Assembly (NCBI GenBank): GCA_041653535.1
Contig: JBAZFH010000001.1
Coordinates: 86,175 to 150,174 of the forward strand
Length of the DNA: 64,000 bases
Direction of reading: 5' to 3'
Origin: Patescibacteria group bacterium
Lineage (GTDB): Bacteria; Patescibacteriota; Patescibacteriia; JACRDY01
Within the stretch, counting starts at the first letter, position 1; every line of letters starts with the position of its first letter. Positions 49,330-58,763 of the stretch are shown one piece after another. The notes below the pieces were generated by a model. The model was not told where the DNA came from and searched no databases. It worked only from the letters and a program-made list of their open reading frames with translations. The position numbers were made by a program, and so were the translations under genes.

Positions 49330-49525
49330 GCCCTCATGCCGCCTGCCTGCCGGTAGGCAGGGGCGGGCAGTTGCTTTCTGTAACTAGAAAGCAACCAAAG
49401 AGTTCCGGGGGCGCAAGCAAGCGCATGTCCTTACCACCTTAAGGTTTCCTTACCCCGCCCCGCCCCTGCAGACCATAATTACCGAAACGGGTCGGGGCTC
49501 GGCGCAGCTTACGCCCCCGGACCCT
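49330..49525. other. GC-rich multi-stem intergenic element (repeat element or ncRNA)
   Basis: Palindrome 49342-49361, GTTGCTTTCT/AGAAAGCAAC stem, CCGGGGGCG/CGCCCCCGG long-range stem. Confidence 0.55.
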
Positions 49526-49688
49526 CGACGTTTTAACAACTTAATATTTTTGAAATAAGATTAATGTCTCGGCTGAAGTAGCCAGTAAATAGAGGGGCGG
49601 TAGTTCATTATCCACCCCTCTTGGCGAAAGTCGAAATATGCTATAATATAGTAGTTAATCTATTACGAGGAGATTTTTTATTTAAAAT

Positions 49689-50357
49689 ATGACTGATTTT
49701 ATAAGAAAACGTTGGCCCAAGATAGTTGTTGCCGTGATATTTGTAGTGTTAGCCGGTACTTTTTTATGGAAATCAAATATCAAAGAAGGTCAGTTGGAGT
49801 GGGGTTCGGTAGAGGGACTTAATCTAACTGATCAGCAAAAACAGCAATACGAAGAAACAGTGAAAAAGTTGGAAGACAGTAACGGCGACAAAAAAAATCC
49901 GACTGCACTTTCTGATTTAGCGCGACTTCGTGATCAGGGCGGTGATCCAGAAGGATCTATAAAAATTTACCAAAAAGCTTTAGCTGAAGAGCCGGACAAT
50001 ACTTTAGTTTTGTACAATTTAGCTGATGTATACTATTCGATAGGCGACTATGGTAAAACAGAAGAAATGTACCGTCGGATAATTAACAATCATCCGCTGG
50101 AGATGCCGGTTTATCGTCGGTTATTTGATTTATATCGAGATAAAATAAAAACTAAATATCCGTCGGTATTGGAAATTTTATTACGCGGTTGGCAGTACAA
50201 TTCCGATCGACCGGCAGAATTTATAAAAATGCTCGCGCTGTATTATAGCGATATGGGAGACATTGAAACTGCTAAACAATATTATCAACAGCTTTTGATA
50301 ATCGAGCCAAATAATCAAGATGCCAGAGATCAGCTCAAGCGTCTTGGAGGGAAATAA
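49689..50357 (+). CDS. Membrane-anchored TPR protein
   Basis: YQKALAEEPDN..LYNLA, YYQQLLIIEPNN TPR patterns. Confidence 0.85.
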   Translation: MTDFIRKRWPKIVVAVIFVVLAGTFLWKSNIKEGQLEWGSVEGLNLTDQQKQQYEETVKKLEDSNGDKKNPTALSDLARLRDQGGDPEGSIKIYQKALAEEPDNTLVLYNLADVYYSIGDYGKTEEMYRRIINNHPLEMPVYRRLFDLYRDKIKTKYPSVLEILLRGWQYNSDRPAEFIKMLALYYSDMGDIETAKQYYQQLLIIEPNNQDARDQLKRLGGK

Positions 50358-50428
50358 AATAATTAATAATTACTAATTAATAATATTTTGGTTATTAATT
50401 ATCGGTTCTTAACTCTTTTTTAAAAAAT

Positions 50429-51760
50429 ATGAAAAACAAAATTTTATTTGTCGGAATTTTACTAGCGGCGTTTTTTTGTTTACCTAGCGGATCTTTTGCT
50501 TTTGTTTCGGAGGATTTGACCAGCTATTTGACCCAGACTGTTAATGTTTATCCCGCTACTTGGGACAATTTAGCGATGGACGCGCTAATACCAAATCAAA
50601 AAGAGGACAAAAGCGTTGATGAACTAAACTTTTTTTCAGTCAAAAATACCGGCTCGGCTGATTTTGGCAGGGAATTTGAAAATGTAAAGCTTTGGATTGA
50701 TGCCGGCGCTGTTGGTTGGCAGGGTTGGGGAACGGATAAGGATTTAGGCGAGGCCGCTTATGAAAATTCAATGTGGATTTGGTCGGGATTAAAAGAGCCA
50801 ATACCAACAAATGGCTTGCGAGTTTTTGTTACAGTAGATATTCGGAGCACTCTTTACGTTGATGGACAGCGTATATCCGCAGTGATACCTCAATTGAATG
50901 ATGATAACGCTAATAAAGTTCGAGATGCTGGCGAATATGGTGTTTTTGTTGCCTCAAAAAATAATGGTCCGACTAACAGTGAGTGGGGCTCTACTCCCAG
51001 TGAGCAGGTAAGTCGAAATACTCATGATGTTTGGCAACCACAGCTAATTACTACCAATTTGGTCGAAGGTCAAAAGCTAGAAGGTGTGACCGCTTATAAG
51101 ATTAGCGGTAAGGCCAAAGACCAGGGTACGGCCGGCATTGCTACGATAAAAATAAGTATTAATAAATCTGGTGCTACTGACAACTGGATCAATATTACTG
51201 ATAATGGATCGGCTTTTGCCACTTGGGATTATCAGTGGAGCGATATTACGGATGGCACCTATACTGTTAAGTTAAAAACAGAGGACTATGCGGGAAACAT
51301 CTTAGATAAAAGTTACGGGGTAACTGTTCTTGCCGTTGTTAGTCAGCCAGTGGTTACTACTCCAACAACTGAAGTTGCCGAGAAGGTAAATGATGGTGAA
51401 CTGATAAAAGGCAGCGGTGATCCCAAAGTTTACGTGGTTGCTGATGGTCAGAAACACTGGATTACTACTGGTGAGGTTTTTTTGGGACTCGGCTATCAGT
51501 GGAGTAAGATAAAAGCTGTAAGCGCAATTACGCTTAATAGTTTGGTAACCGGCAGCGATGTTATTAAAGCCTATACTCACTTAAACGGCACCCTGATTAA
51601 ATACAAGACTTATCCGCAGGTTTTTTTGCTTCAATCCGGATATCGCAGACATATTGCTAATGAACAGGTTTTTCTTGGTTTAGGCTACCATTGGGATGAC
51701 ATTATTACTGTGCCAGATACAGAGTATTATCCTGACGGAGAGGAGATTACTACTTATTAG
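50429..51760 (+). CDS. Secreted protein with Ig-like domain and two C-terminal surface repeats
   Basis: Signal peptide; DGTYTVKLKTEDYAGN; DGELIKG..VYVV and NGTLIK..VFLL repeats. Confidence 0.8.
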   Translation: MKNKILFVGILLAAFFCLPSGSFAFVSEDLTSYLTQTVNVYPATWDNLAMDALIPNQKEDKSVDELNFFSVKNTGSADFGREFENVKLWIDAGAVGWQGWGTDKDLGEAAYENSMWIWSGLKEPIPTNGLRVFVTVDIRSTLYVDGQRISAVIPQLNDDNANKVRDAGEYGVFVASKNNGPTNSEWGSTPSEQVSRNTHDVWQPQLITTNLVEGQKLEGVTAYKISGKAKDQGTAGIATIKISINKSGATDNWINITDNGSAFATWDYQWSDITDGTYTVKLKTEDYAGNILDKSYGVTVLAVVSQPVVTTPTTEVAEKVNDGELIKGSGDPKVYVVADGQKHWITTGEVFLGLGYQWSKIKAVSAITLNSLVTGSDVIKAYTHLNGTLIKYKTYPQVFLLQSGYRRHIANEQVFLGLGYHWDDIITVPDTEYYPDGEEITTY

Positions 51761-51853
51761 ACAGAAGCTACGATCTAGTAAAATTAAAACCCCCGATAAA
51801 AGGGGGTTTTAGAAATTGTTTTTTATCTTATTTTGGGGTAAAATGTAAGACAT

Positions 51854-53977
51854 ATGAATAGCTATAAGAAGAGAAGGATTGTTTTTTTGGCGGTTATTTC
51901 TTTGTTTTTATTATCCATGTCTTTTACTGCCTCTGCCATGATGCCAAATGATCCTGATTATTATCAGCAGTGGCATTTAGGTCAAATGAATTTGCCAGCT
52001 GCTTGGGATTATACGCAAGGATCGGAACAAGTAGTGGTGGCGGTGCTCGATACTGGGGTGGATATTACCCATCCTGATTTGTCGCGAAATATTTGGGTAA
52101 ACATGGATGAAATAGGTGAAGATGGTATAGATAATGATGGTAATGGTTATGTCGACGATATTAACGGTTTTGATTTTTTGGACGGTGATGCTGATCCGGT
52201 GCCTAGGATTGATAACGGATATAGCATTGATTCTTTTACCCACGGTACTATAGTCGCTGGTATTTTAGGGGCAGTAGGTAATAACAATGTTGGTATAAGT
52301 GGTGTCGCTTGGAATGTTAAAATCATGCCATTACGGGTTTTAGATAATTACGGTACCGCTGATATCAGACCGACGATTGAAGCGATAAAATATGCTATAA
52401 AAAACGGAGCGGATGTTATTAATCTTAGCTTCCAAGGAATAGAGCAGAGCGATGAATTTAAGAAAGCTTTAAACGATGCTTATAATGCTGGTATTTTTAT
52501 CTCCGCCGCCGCCGGCAACGGCAATGGTTATAATCGCGGCATAGATATGGACAGGTTTCCTTTTTATCCGGTTTGTTATCGTACGTTTAATAGTGACGAG
52601 ATGGTTACCGGAGTCGGTGCTTTGGGCAAAAATAATGTTATCGCTCCTTTTTCTAACTACGGCAAGGAGTGTATTGACCTGATGGCTCCCGGTGAAGATA
52701 TTTTTTCCACCCAGCTTTTCCTGGGTTCCAATGTAGATGTTTTGAATGTTTACTATAGCGGTGGTTGGCAGGGAACGTCAATGGCGGCTCCAATGGTAAC
52801 GGGCGTGGCAGCGTTAATTAAATCAATCAATAAAGATTTTACTCCGGCGCAGATTTATAATTTTTTAATTCAAGGAGCAACCAACATTGACTCAATAAAT
52901 CCTTTGTTGCCAGGCAAGCTTGGTTATGGATTGGTTGATGCCGGCAAGTCGATAAAAGCGGCATATGATTACAACGCCAAAAATTTTTCTAGCACTGTTG
53001 TCGTACCTGCCTTAACGCCGGTTTTGCAGCCAGTGGTTTCAACCGATCCGGCGGTAGCGGTCAAGACATATCTAAGGAATGGTTTAGTGTTTGGCGCTAG
53101 TAGCGGTAATAAACCCTGGGTTAAGATTTTTAATAATTTTGCGCTAGATATTAAAACCTTTCTTGCATATGCTGAAAATTTTAAAGGCGGTGTAAATGTT
53201 GCCGTAGGCGATGTTAACGGCGATGGGCAAAAAGAAATAATTACGGCCCCGGGTAATGGCGGAGGACCGCATATCAGAATTTTTGATCAAGAGGGAAATA
53301 TTATTAGTCAATTTTTTGCTTATAGCACCAAATTTTCCGGAGGTGTTAATTTAGCGGTTGGTGATGTTGATGCTGACGGTGTGGAAGATATTATTACTGC
53401 CCCGATGGGTCAGTATCAGCCAGAAATAAAAATTTTTGATTTACTAGGTGAAGAAAAAAATAATTTTTTAGCTTACGATGTTAAATTTAATGGCGGCGTA
53501 AGCGTTACTACCAGCGACGTTAATCTAGATGGTACAAGCGAGATAGTAACTGCTCCGAGTAAGGGCGGAGGACCGCATATTCGTATTTTTAATCAAAGTG
53601 GTAAAGTGATGGGGCAATTTTTTGCTGATGATAAAAAATATCGCGGCGGGATCAAGGTAGCGGCGGGAGATGTTGACGGTGATTATCATGATGAAATAGT
53701 AGTTAGTCGTTTGGGAGTCGGAGAATATTTGGTGAATATTTACGACGTAGCAGGAAGTTTTAAAAATCGTTTTTTTTCGTTTGGCACAGAATACGCCAGC
53801 GGAATTAATCTCGCGGTTGGTGACTACGACTTTGACGGACAACTGGAGATCGTCACGACCAAGACGAACGTGTTTCCGACGGTAAAAATTTTCGATAATA
53901 ACGGTGTTATCAAAACCGAATTTTCCGCTTTTAGTCAAGATTACAAAGGTGGTGTAAATGTTGCTATAATAGATTAG
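51854..53977 (+). CDS. S8 subtilisin-like serine protease with FG-GAP repeats
   Basis: VLDTG, HGTIVAG, AAAGN, GTSMAAP; GGVNVAVGDVNGDG repeats. Confidence 0.94.
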   Translation: MNSYKKRRIVFLAVISLFLLSMSFTASAMMPNDPDYYQQWHLGQMNLPAAWDYTQGSEQVVVAVLDTGVDITHPDLSRNIWVNMDEIGEDGIDNDGNGYVDDINGFDFLDGDADPVPRIDNGYSIDSFTHGTIVAGILGAVGNNNVGISGVAWNVKIMPLRVLDNYGTADIRPTIEAIKYAIKNGADVINLSFQGIEQSDEFKKALNDAYNAGIFISAAAGNGNGYNRGIDMDRFPFYPVCYRTFNSDEMVTGVGALGKNNVIAPFSNYGKECIDLMAPGEDIFSTQLFLGSNVDVLNVYYSGGWQGTSMAAPMVTGVAALIKSINKDFTPAQIYNFLIQGATNIDSINPLLPGKLGYGLVDAGKSIKAAYDYNAKNFSSTVVVPALTPVLQPVVSTDPAVAVKTYLRNGLVFGASSGNKPWVKIFNNFALDIKTFLAYAENFKGGVNVAVGDVNGDGQKEIITAPGNGGGPHIRIFDQEGNIISQFFAYSTKFSGGVNLAVGDVDADGVEDIITAPMGQYQPEIKIFDLLGEEKNNFLAYDVKFNGGVSVTTSDVNLDGTSEIVTAPSKGGGPHIRIFNQSGKVMGQFFADDKKYRGGIKVAAGDVDGDYHDEIVVSRLGVGEYLVNIYDVAGSFKNRFFSFGTEYASGINLAVGDYDFDGQLEIVTTKTNVFPTVKIFDNNGVIKTEFSAFSQDYKGGVNVAIID

Positions 53978-53980
53978 TTA

Positions 53981-54373
53981 GTGCTTATGTTATTTCAATT
54001 AATAAGGTTTTGCCTGGTAGGGGTTGCCAATACAGCCATAGATTTTACGATTTACCTTTATTTGACCAGAGGTTGGGACTTTTGGGGCGAGCAATATTTG
54101 TTTGCTAATATCGTAGCTTTTGCTACAGCTAATGTTTTCAGTTTTATTATTAATAAAACCTGGACTTTTCATGACGAGAAGCGCTTAAGTTACCAGCGGC
54201 AATATTTGAAATTTTTATTGGTTAGTTTGGCGGCGCTTAGTATAGTAGAGACGTGTTTGTATATTAGTGTTGACGTGTTTGGCTGGTATGATTTAGCAGG
54301 AAAGGCAATTGGGATAGCGTTGTCATTACTTGTAAGTTTTTCCTTGCATCGAGTCTGGACTTTTAAAAAGTAA
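53981..54373 (+). CDS. GtrA family protein
   Basis: RFCLVGVANTAIDF, NKTWTF, RVWTFK. Confidence 0.92.
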   Translation: MLMLFQLIRFCLVGVANTAIDFTIYLYLTRGWDFWGEQYLFANIVAFATANVFSFIINKTWTFHDEKRLSYQRQYLKFLLVSLAALSIVETCLYISVDVFGWYDLAGKAIGIALSLLVSFSLHRVWTFKK

Positions 54374-54398
54374 TAATTGAAATAATAATTTAATTTTT

Positions 54399-54428
54399 TG
54401 TCCCTTTGGGACATCTCCTGGACGGAGA
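54399..54428. repeat. 30-nt double-hairpin mini-element (second copy)
   Basis: TGTCCC-TTT-GGGACA TCTCC-TGGAC-GGAGA; same length and layout as 22027-22056. Confidence 0.75.
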
Positions 54429-54444
54429 TAATTTTTGTATCTTT

Positions 54445-55443
54445 ATGTCAGCTAATCGTAAAAATATTTTAGTTACCGGAGGAGCCGGTTTTTTGGGTTC
54501 GCATTTGTGTGACCATTTAGTTCAATATCACAACGTTGTTTGTGTGGATAATTTTGTTTCTGGATCACAAAGCAATATCAATCATCTTTTAAGCAATCCT
54601 AATTTTGAATTTATTAAACATGATATGGTCGAACCGCTTGATTTGGAAAAATTTCCCGAATTAGATAAGTTTAAAGTTAAGGTTGTTGGTATAGCTGAGA
54701 TTTACAATCTTGCCTGTCCAACGTCAGTAAAAAATTTCGAACCTCAGCGGATAAAAACTTTAGAAACTAGCAGCTGGGGTACACATAATGCTTTAGAGGT
54801 GGCTTTAAAATACAAAGCGAAGTTTTTTCATGCTTCTTCTTCCGTGGTTTATGGACCGCGAATAAATGGTAGTAAGTTTTTTAGTGAAGATGTTGTTGGC
54901 AGCGTTAATATGATGTCTCCGCGGGCTTGTTATGACGAAGGGAAGAGATTCTCCGAGTCAATTGTTAATACTTATCATCAGGTATATAGTCTTGATACTA
55001 AGATTGGCAGAATATTTCGCACCTATGGTCCGCGCATGCCTCTTTTTGACGGACAAATGATTCCGGATTTTATTACCAATGCTCTCGACGATAAAGATTT
55101 GGTGATTTATGGCGATAAAGACTTCAAAACGTCTTTAGTTTACGTTTCCGACGTTATTGACGGAATGATTAAAATGATGGAGTCTTCCGAGTCCGGTCCA
55201 ATAAATTTGGGATCTCCCGATGAATTTAGCCTTTATCAGGTAGCGGAGACAATAATCAAAATGATTGGATCAAAGTCAAAAGTAACTTTTGAAGATCCAT
55301 TGTTGTTTATGAGCCAGTTGGGATTACCAGATATTACTCTTGCTAAAGAAAAATTAGGTTGGTTGCCGGTGGTGAGACTGGAAGAGGGATTGCAAAAGAT
55401 TATTGACTATACCAAAGCGGAAAAAGGCGTTGTCAGTATATAA
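54445..55443 (+). CDS. UDP-glucuronate decarboxylase-like NAD-dependent epimerase/dehydratase
   Basis: ILVTGGAGFLGSHL, YNLACP, RACYDEGKR, RIFRTYGPRM; ATG 54445. Confidence 0.88.
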   Translation: MSANRKNILVTGGAGFLGSHLCDHLVQYHNVVCVDNFVSGSQSNINHLLSNPNFEFIKHDMVEPLDLEKFPELDKFKVKVVGIAEIYNLACPTSVKNFEPQRIKTLETSSWGTHNALEVALKYKAKFFHASSSVVYGPRINGSKFFSEDVVGSVNMMSPRACYDEGKRFSESIVNTYHQVYSLDTKIGRIFRTYGPRMPLFDGQMIPDFITNALDDKDLVIYGDKDFKTSLVYVSDVIDGMIKMMESSESGPINLGSPDEFSLYQVAETIIKMIGSKSKVTFEDPLLFMSQLGLPDITLAKEKLGWLPVVRLEEGLQKIIDYTKAEKGVVSI

Positions 55444-55446
55444 ACT

Positions 55447-56118
55447 ATGTCTCAAATTTTTATAGTTGTTCCGGCGTATAAGGAAGAAAAAAATATCGTC
55501 GCTACTCTCGATGACCTGAAGAAATATTATCCGGTACAAAATATTATCGTCGTAGACGACGGCTCGCCAGACAAAACTTATGATTTGGCTAAACTAAGTG
55601 GTGTAAAAGTTTTACGCCACTTAATTAATCGTGGCCAAGGAGCGGCTCTTCGTACCGGTACACAGTACGCGTTGGATAACGGTGCTGACGTTATTGTTCA
55701 TTTTGATGCCGACGGTCAACATCAGGCAAGAGAAATAAGCGAATGGATAAAACCAATTGTTTCCGGCGAAGTCGATGTTGTGCTTGGATCAAAGTTTTTG
55801 GGTAAAAAGGCAAGGAATTTACCACTCAGTAAAAAAATACTTTTTAAAATTATTATTCCTTGGCATAATTTATTTACCGGGTTACATTTAACTGATTTGC
55901 ATAATGGCACTAGGGTTCTCTCTCGTGAAGCAGCGGAAATGATTAAAATCACACAAGATCAAATGGCGCATAACTCAGAGATTCAAAGTGAAATTGCTAA
56001 ACATCGTTTGCGTTATCGCGAAGTGCCGGTAGAAATTATTTACAATCAATACGGCAGGGGAGTAAAAACCGCTATAAAAATTTTTAAAGATTTAATAAAA
56101 AAAAGTATAGTTGGTTAA
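55447..56118 (+). CDS. GT2 polyprenol-phosphate glycosyltransferase (DPM1-like)
   Basis: VPAYKE, VVDDGS, NRGQGAA, FDADGQH. Confidence 0.92.
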   Translation: MSQIFIVVPAYKEEKNIVATLDDLKKYYPVQNIIVVDDGSPDKTYDLAKLSGVKVLRHLINRGQGAALRTGTQYALDNGADVIVHFDADGQHQAREISEWIKPIVSGEVDVVLGSKFLGKKARNLPLSKKILFKIIIPWHNLFTGLHLTDLHNGTRVLSREAAEMIKITQDQMAHNSEIQSEIAKHRLRYREVPVEIIYNQYGRGVKTAIKIFKDLIKKSIVG

Positions 56119-56124
56119 AAAAAT

Positions 56125-56445
56125 ATGATGATTAAAATTTTGTTACTCATTTTTATCTTGTTCGTTTTACTACGCACTGTTTTTCGTTTTGTAAAAAAGG
56201 AAATCCGCGGACGCGAGCTATTAGCTTGGTTAATCTTTTGGCTATTAGTTGGTGCGGCGGTAGTTTTGCCGCAGACGACCGATGTGCTGGCAAATAAACT
56301 AGGCGTCGGTCGTGGTGCTGATCTATTGGTTTATGTTTCGGTATTAGTCTTATTTTACATTGTTTTTCGGATTTTAGTACGACAGGAAAGGATCGAGCGG
56401 GAAATAACCAGGGTGGTGCGGGAAATAGCGGTGAAAGATAAGTAA
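56125..56445 (+). CDS. DUF2304 family membrane protein
   Basis: LGVGRGADLLVY, ITRVVREIA; follows a DPM1-like GT2. Confidence 0.88.
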   Translation: MMIKILLLIFILFVLLRTVFRFVKKEIRGRELLAWLIFWLLVGAAVVLPQTTDVLANKLGVGRGADLLVYVSVLVLFYIVFRILVRQERIEREITRVVREIAVKDK

Positions 56446-56499
56446 AAAATTAAAAGTAAAAAGTTAAAAATATTTTTACTTTTTATTTCTCTGAAAAAT

Positions 56500-57558
56500 A
56501 TGGATGTTGCAATTATACTAATCAACTATAAAGACTATGCCCGTAGATACCTCGCGGAGTGTATTGCTAGCGTGCGAGCGCAAAAGTATAGCGGTTCTTT
56601 TAAGGTTATTATTGTTGATAACGAATCGAGTCAGGAAACGGTTGATTATATCAAAAACGTGGCGCCAGAGGCGGAAATTGTGGTTAATAAAAATAATGAC
56701 GGTTTTGCCAAGGGCAATAACGATGGTGTTAAAAAAGCAATTGAGCTTGGTTTTCAGTATTTTGTTTTGCTTAACATGGATACAGAAGTAGAGAATGATT
56801 GGCTGCAAAAACTAGTCGATGCAGCCGCAAAGTTGGATAATTGGGGTGCGGTACAGTCGCGAGCAATGCTGTACTCGGATAAAAATAAAATAAACACATT
56901 GGGAAACAGTTTGCATTATCTAGGTTTTGGTTTTTCCTCCGGCAGCGGAGTCGATTACATTGCCCCAACTACTAATTACCACCTACCAATCGTCATCACG
57001 TATTTCTCCGGAGTTTCTGTTTTGCTTCGCAGGGACGTCCTAGAAAAAGTTGGTATGTTTGACGAAGAATTTTGGATGTATCACGATGATTTGGAATTAA
57101 GCTGGAAAATACGTTTGGCTGGATATAACCTTTATTTGGCGCCGGATTCGGTGGTGTATCACAAATACGAGTTTGCCAAGAGCATCAAGCAGTATTACTG
57201 GATGGAGCGGAATCGTTTTATATTTTTTCTTACCGTCTTTCATCCATTAACAATAATACTACTTTTGCCGATGTTTATGGTGATGGAAATCGGGTTAATA
57301 TTTTTTTCGATTAAGGGAGGATTTTTAGGAGAAAAAATAAAAGTTTATCAATGGATTATCGAAGCGGATAATTGGCGCTATATCAAATTACGGCGAGCAA
57401 AGATAAGAAAAATCAGAAAATTAAAAGACAGGGATTTAATAAAACATTTAGTAAGTAAAATAGAGTTTCAGGAGATAGACAATCCGCTTTTACGCGATAT
57501 AGCTAATCCGATCATGACCGCATATTGGTGGATAGCGAAAAAAATAATTATTTGGTAA
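56500..57558 (+). CDS. Glycosyltransferase family 2
   Basis: IVDNES, NDGFAKGNN, LLNMD, FDEEFWMYHDDLELSW. Confidence 0.92.
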   Translation: MDVAIILINYKDYARRYLAECIASVRAQKYSGSFKVIIVDNESSQETVDYIKNVAPEAEIVVNKNNDGFAKGNNDGVKKAIELGFQYFVLLNMDTEVENDWLQKLVDAAAKLDNWGAVQSRAMLYSDKNKINTLGNSLHYLGFGFSSGSGVDYIAPTTNYHLPIVITYFSGVSVLLRRDVLEKVGMFDEEFWMYHDDLELSWKIRLAGYNLYLAPDSVVYHKYEFAKSIKQYYWMERNRFIFFLTVFHPLTIILLLPMFMVMEIGLIFFSIKGGFLGEKIKVYQWIIEADNWRYIKLRRAKIRKIRKLKDRDLIKHLVSKIEFQEIDNPLLRDIANPIMTAYWWIAKKIIIW

Positions 57559-57560
57559 TT

Positions 57561-58700
57561 ATGAAAATAGCTCAAGTTGTTTGTACCTTTCCTCCCTATA
57601 AAGGCGGGATCGGCAACGTCGCCTTTCACTATAGTTTAGAATTGTCTAAAATAGGACACGAGATTGTTGTCTTTATTCCTCATTATAAAAAAAGCGAGCA
57701 TCAGTTTTTAAATTTTAAGTTAAAAAGTTTTGTTCCTTGGTTGAGTTATGGTAATGCCGCTTTTTTGCCGCAACTTTTTTGGTCGTTACGAGATTTTGAT
57801 ATTATTCACCTTCATTATCCTTTTTTTGGTAGCGCTTTGCCGATTTATTTTCTCAAAAAAAAATATCCAGAAAAAAAATTGGTGCTGACTTATCATATGG
57901 ATGTGGTTGGTGGCGGCCTACTGGGTAAATATTTTTCCTGGCATACCAAAAAATTAATGCCTAAAATTATCAGGATAGCGGACAAAGTGATTGTTACTTC
58001 TCTTGACTATGCTAAAAATTCAAATATTGCTGAGGAAATAAAAAAAGATCAAAAAAAGTTTGTTGAAATACCGCTAGGTGCTAATCTTAGTATTTTTCAT
58101 AAGCAGAAAAAAGATGACGCGCTGGTAAAGAAATATCAATTAAAGACCGGAGAAAAAATAATATTATTTGTTGCCGCGTTAGATGCCGCGCATTATTTTA
58201 AAGGGTTGAATTATTTATTAGAAGCCATGTCAAAGATTAAAACTCCCGCCAAATTAGTGATTGTTGGCCGCGGGTCAATGCATGATTGTTATATAGCTCA
58301 GGTAAAAAGATTGGGCTTGGCGGATCGGGTTTTATTTGCCGGATATGTCAGTGATTTTGATTTGGCAAGATATTATAATTTCGCTAACGTTTTTGTTTTG
58401 CCTTCAGTTGATAAGTCAGAAGCATTTGGCTTAGTCTATGTTGAGGCTATGGCTTGCGCAACACCGGTAATTGCGTCGAATTTAGCTGGTGTTCGCACGG
58501 TGGTTGACGACGGTCTAACAGGGTTTTTGGTCGAACCGAGAAATGTTTCTGATCTGGCGGATAAAATAGATAGAATATTAAGTAACGACAGTTTGGCGCA
58601 AAAAATGGGGGAAGCTGGCGCGGAGAAAGTAAAAGAAAAATATACTTGGCCGGAAATAGCCAAACAAATAGACAGGGTTTATCGAGAGGTGGTTAGTTAA
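57561..58700 (+). CDS. Glycosyltransferase family 4
   Basis: FPPYKGG, HYFKG, SEAFGLVYVEAMAC. Confidence 0.93.
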   Translation: MKIAQVVCTFPPYKGGIGNVAFHYSLELSKIGHEIVVFIPHYKKSEHQFLNFKLKSFVPWLSYGNAAFLPQLFWSLRDFDIIHLHYPFFGSALPIYFLKKKYPEKKLVLTYHMDVVGGGLLGKYFSWHTKKLMPKIIRIADKVIVTSLDYAKNSNIAEEIKKDQKKFVEIPLGANLSIFHKQKKDDALVKKYQLKTGEKIILFVAALDAAHYFKGLNYLLEAMSKIKTPAKLVIVGRGSMHDCYIAQVKRLGLADRVLFAGYVSDFDLARYYNFANVFVLPSVDKSEAFGLVYVEAMACATPVIASNLAGVRTVVDDGLTGFLVEPRNVSDLADKIDRILSNDSLAQKMGEAGAEKVKEKYTWPEIAKQIDRVYREVVS

Positions 58701-58763
58701 AAATTATAAGTTTTTTGTCTAAAGTGGAGTAGTTTTTGGCGTAAAAAATAATTATTATTTTTT

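Noticed and set aside
49592-49621. ops/JUMPstart element (GGCGGTAG)
   Set aside because: Lacks the following nnTG, forms one arm of a GAGGGGCGG/CCACCCCTC hairpin, and lies upstream of the likely -10 (TGCTATAAT near 49639-49647)
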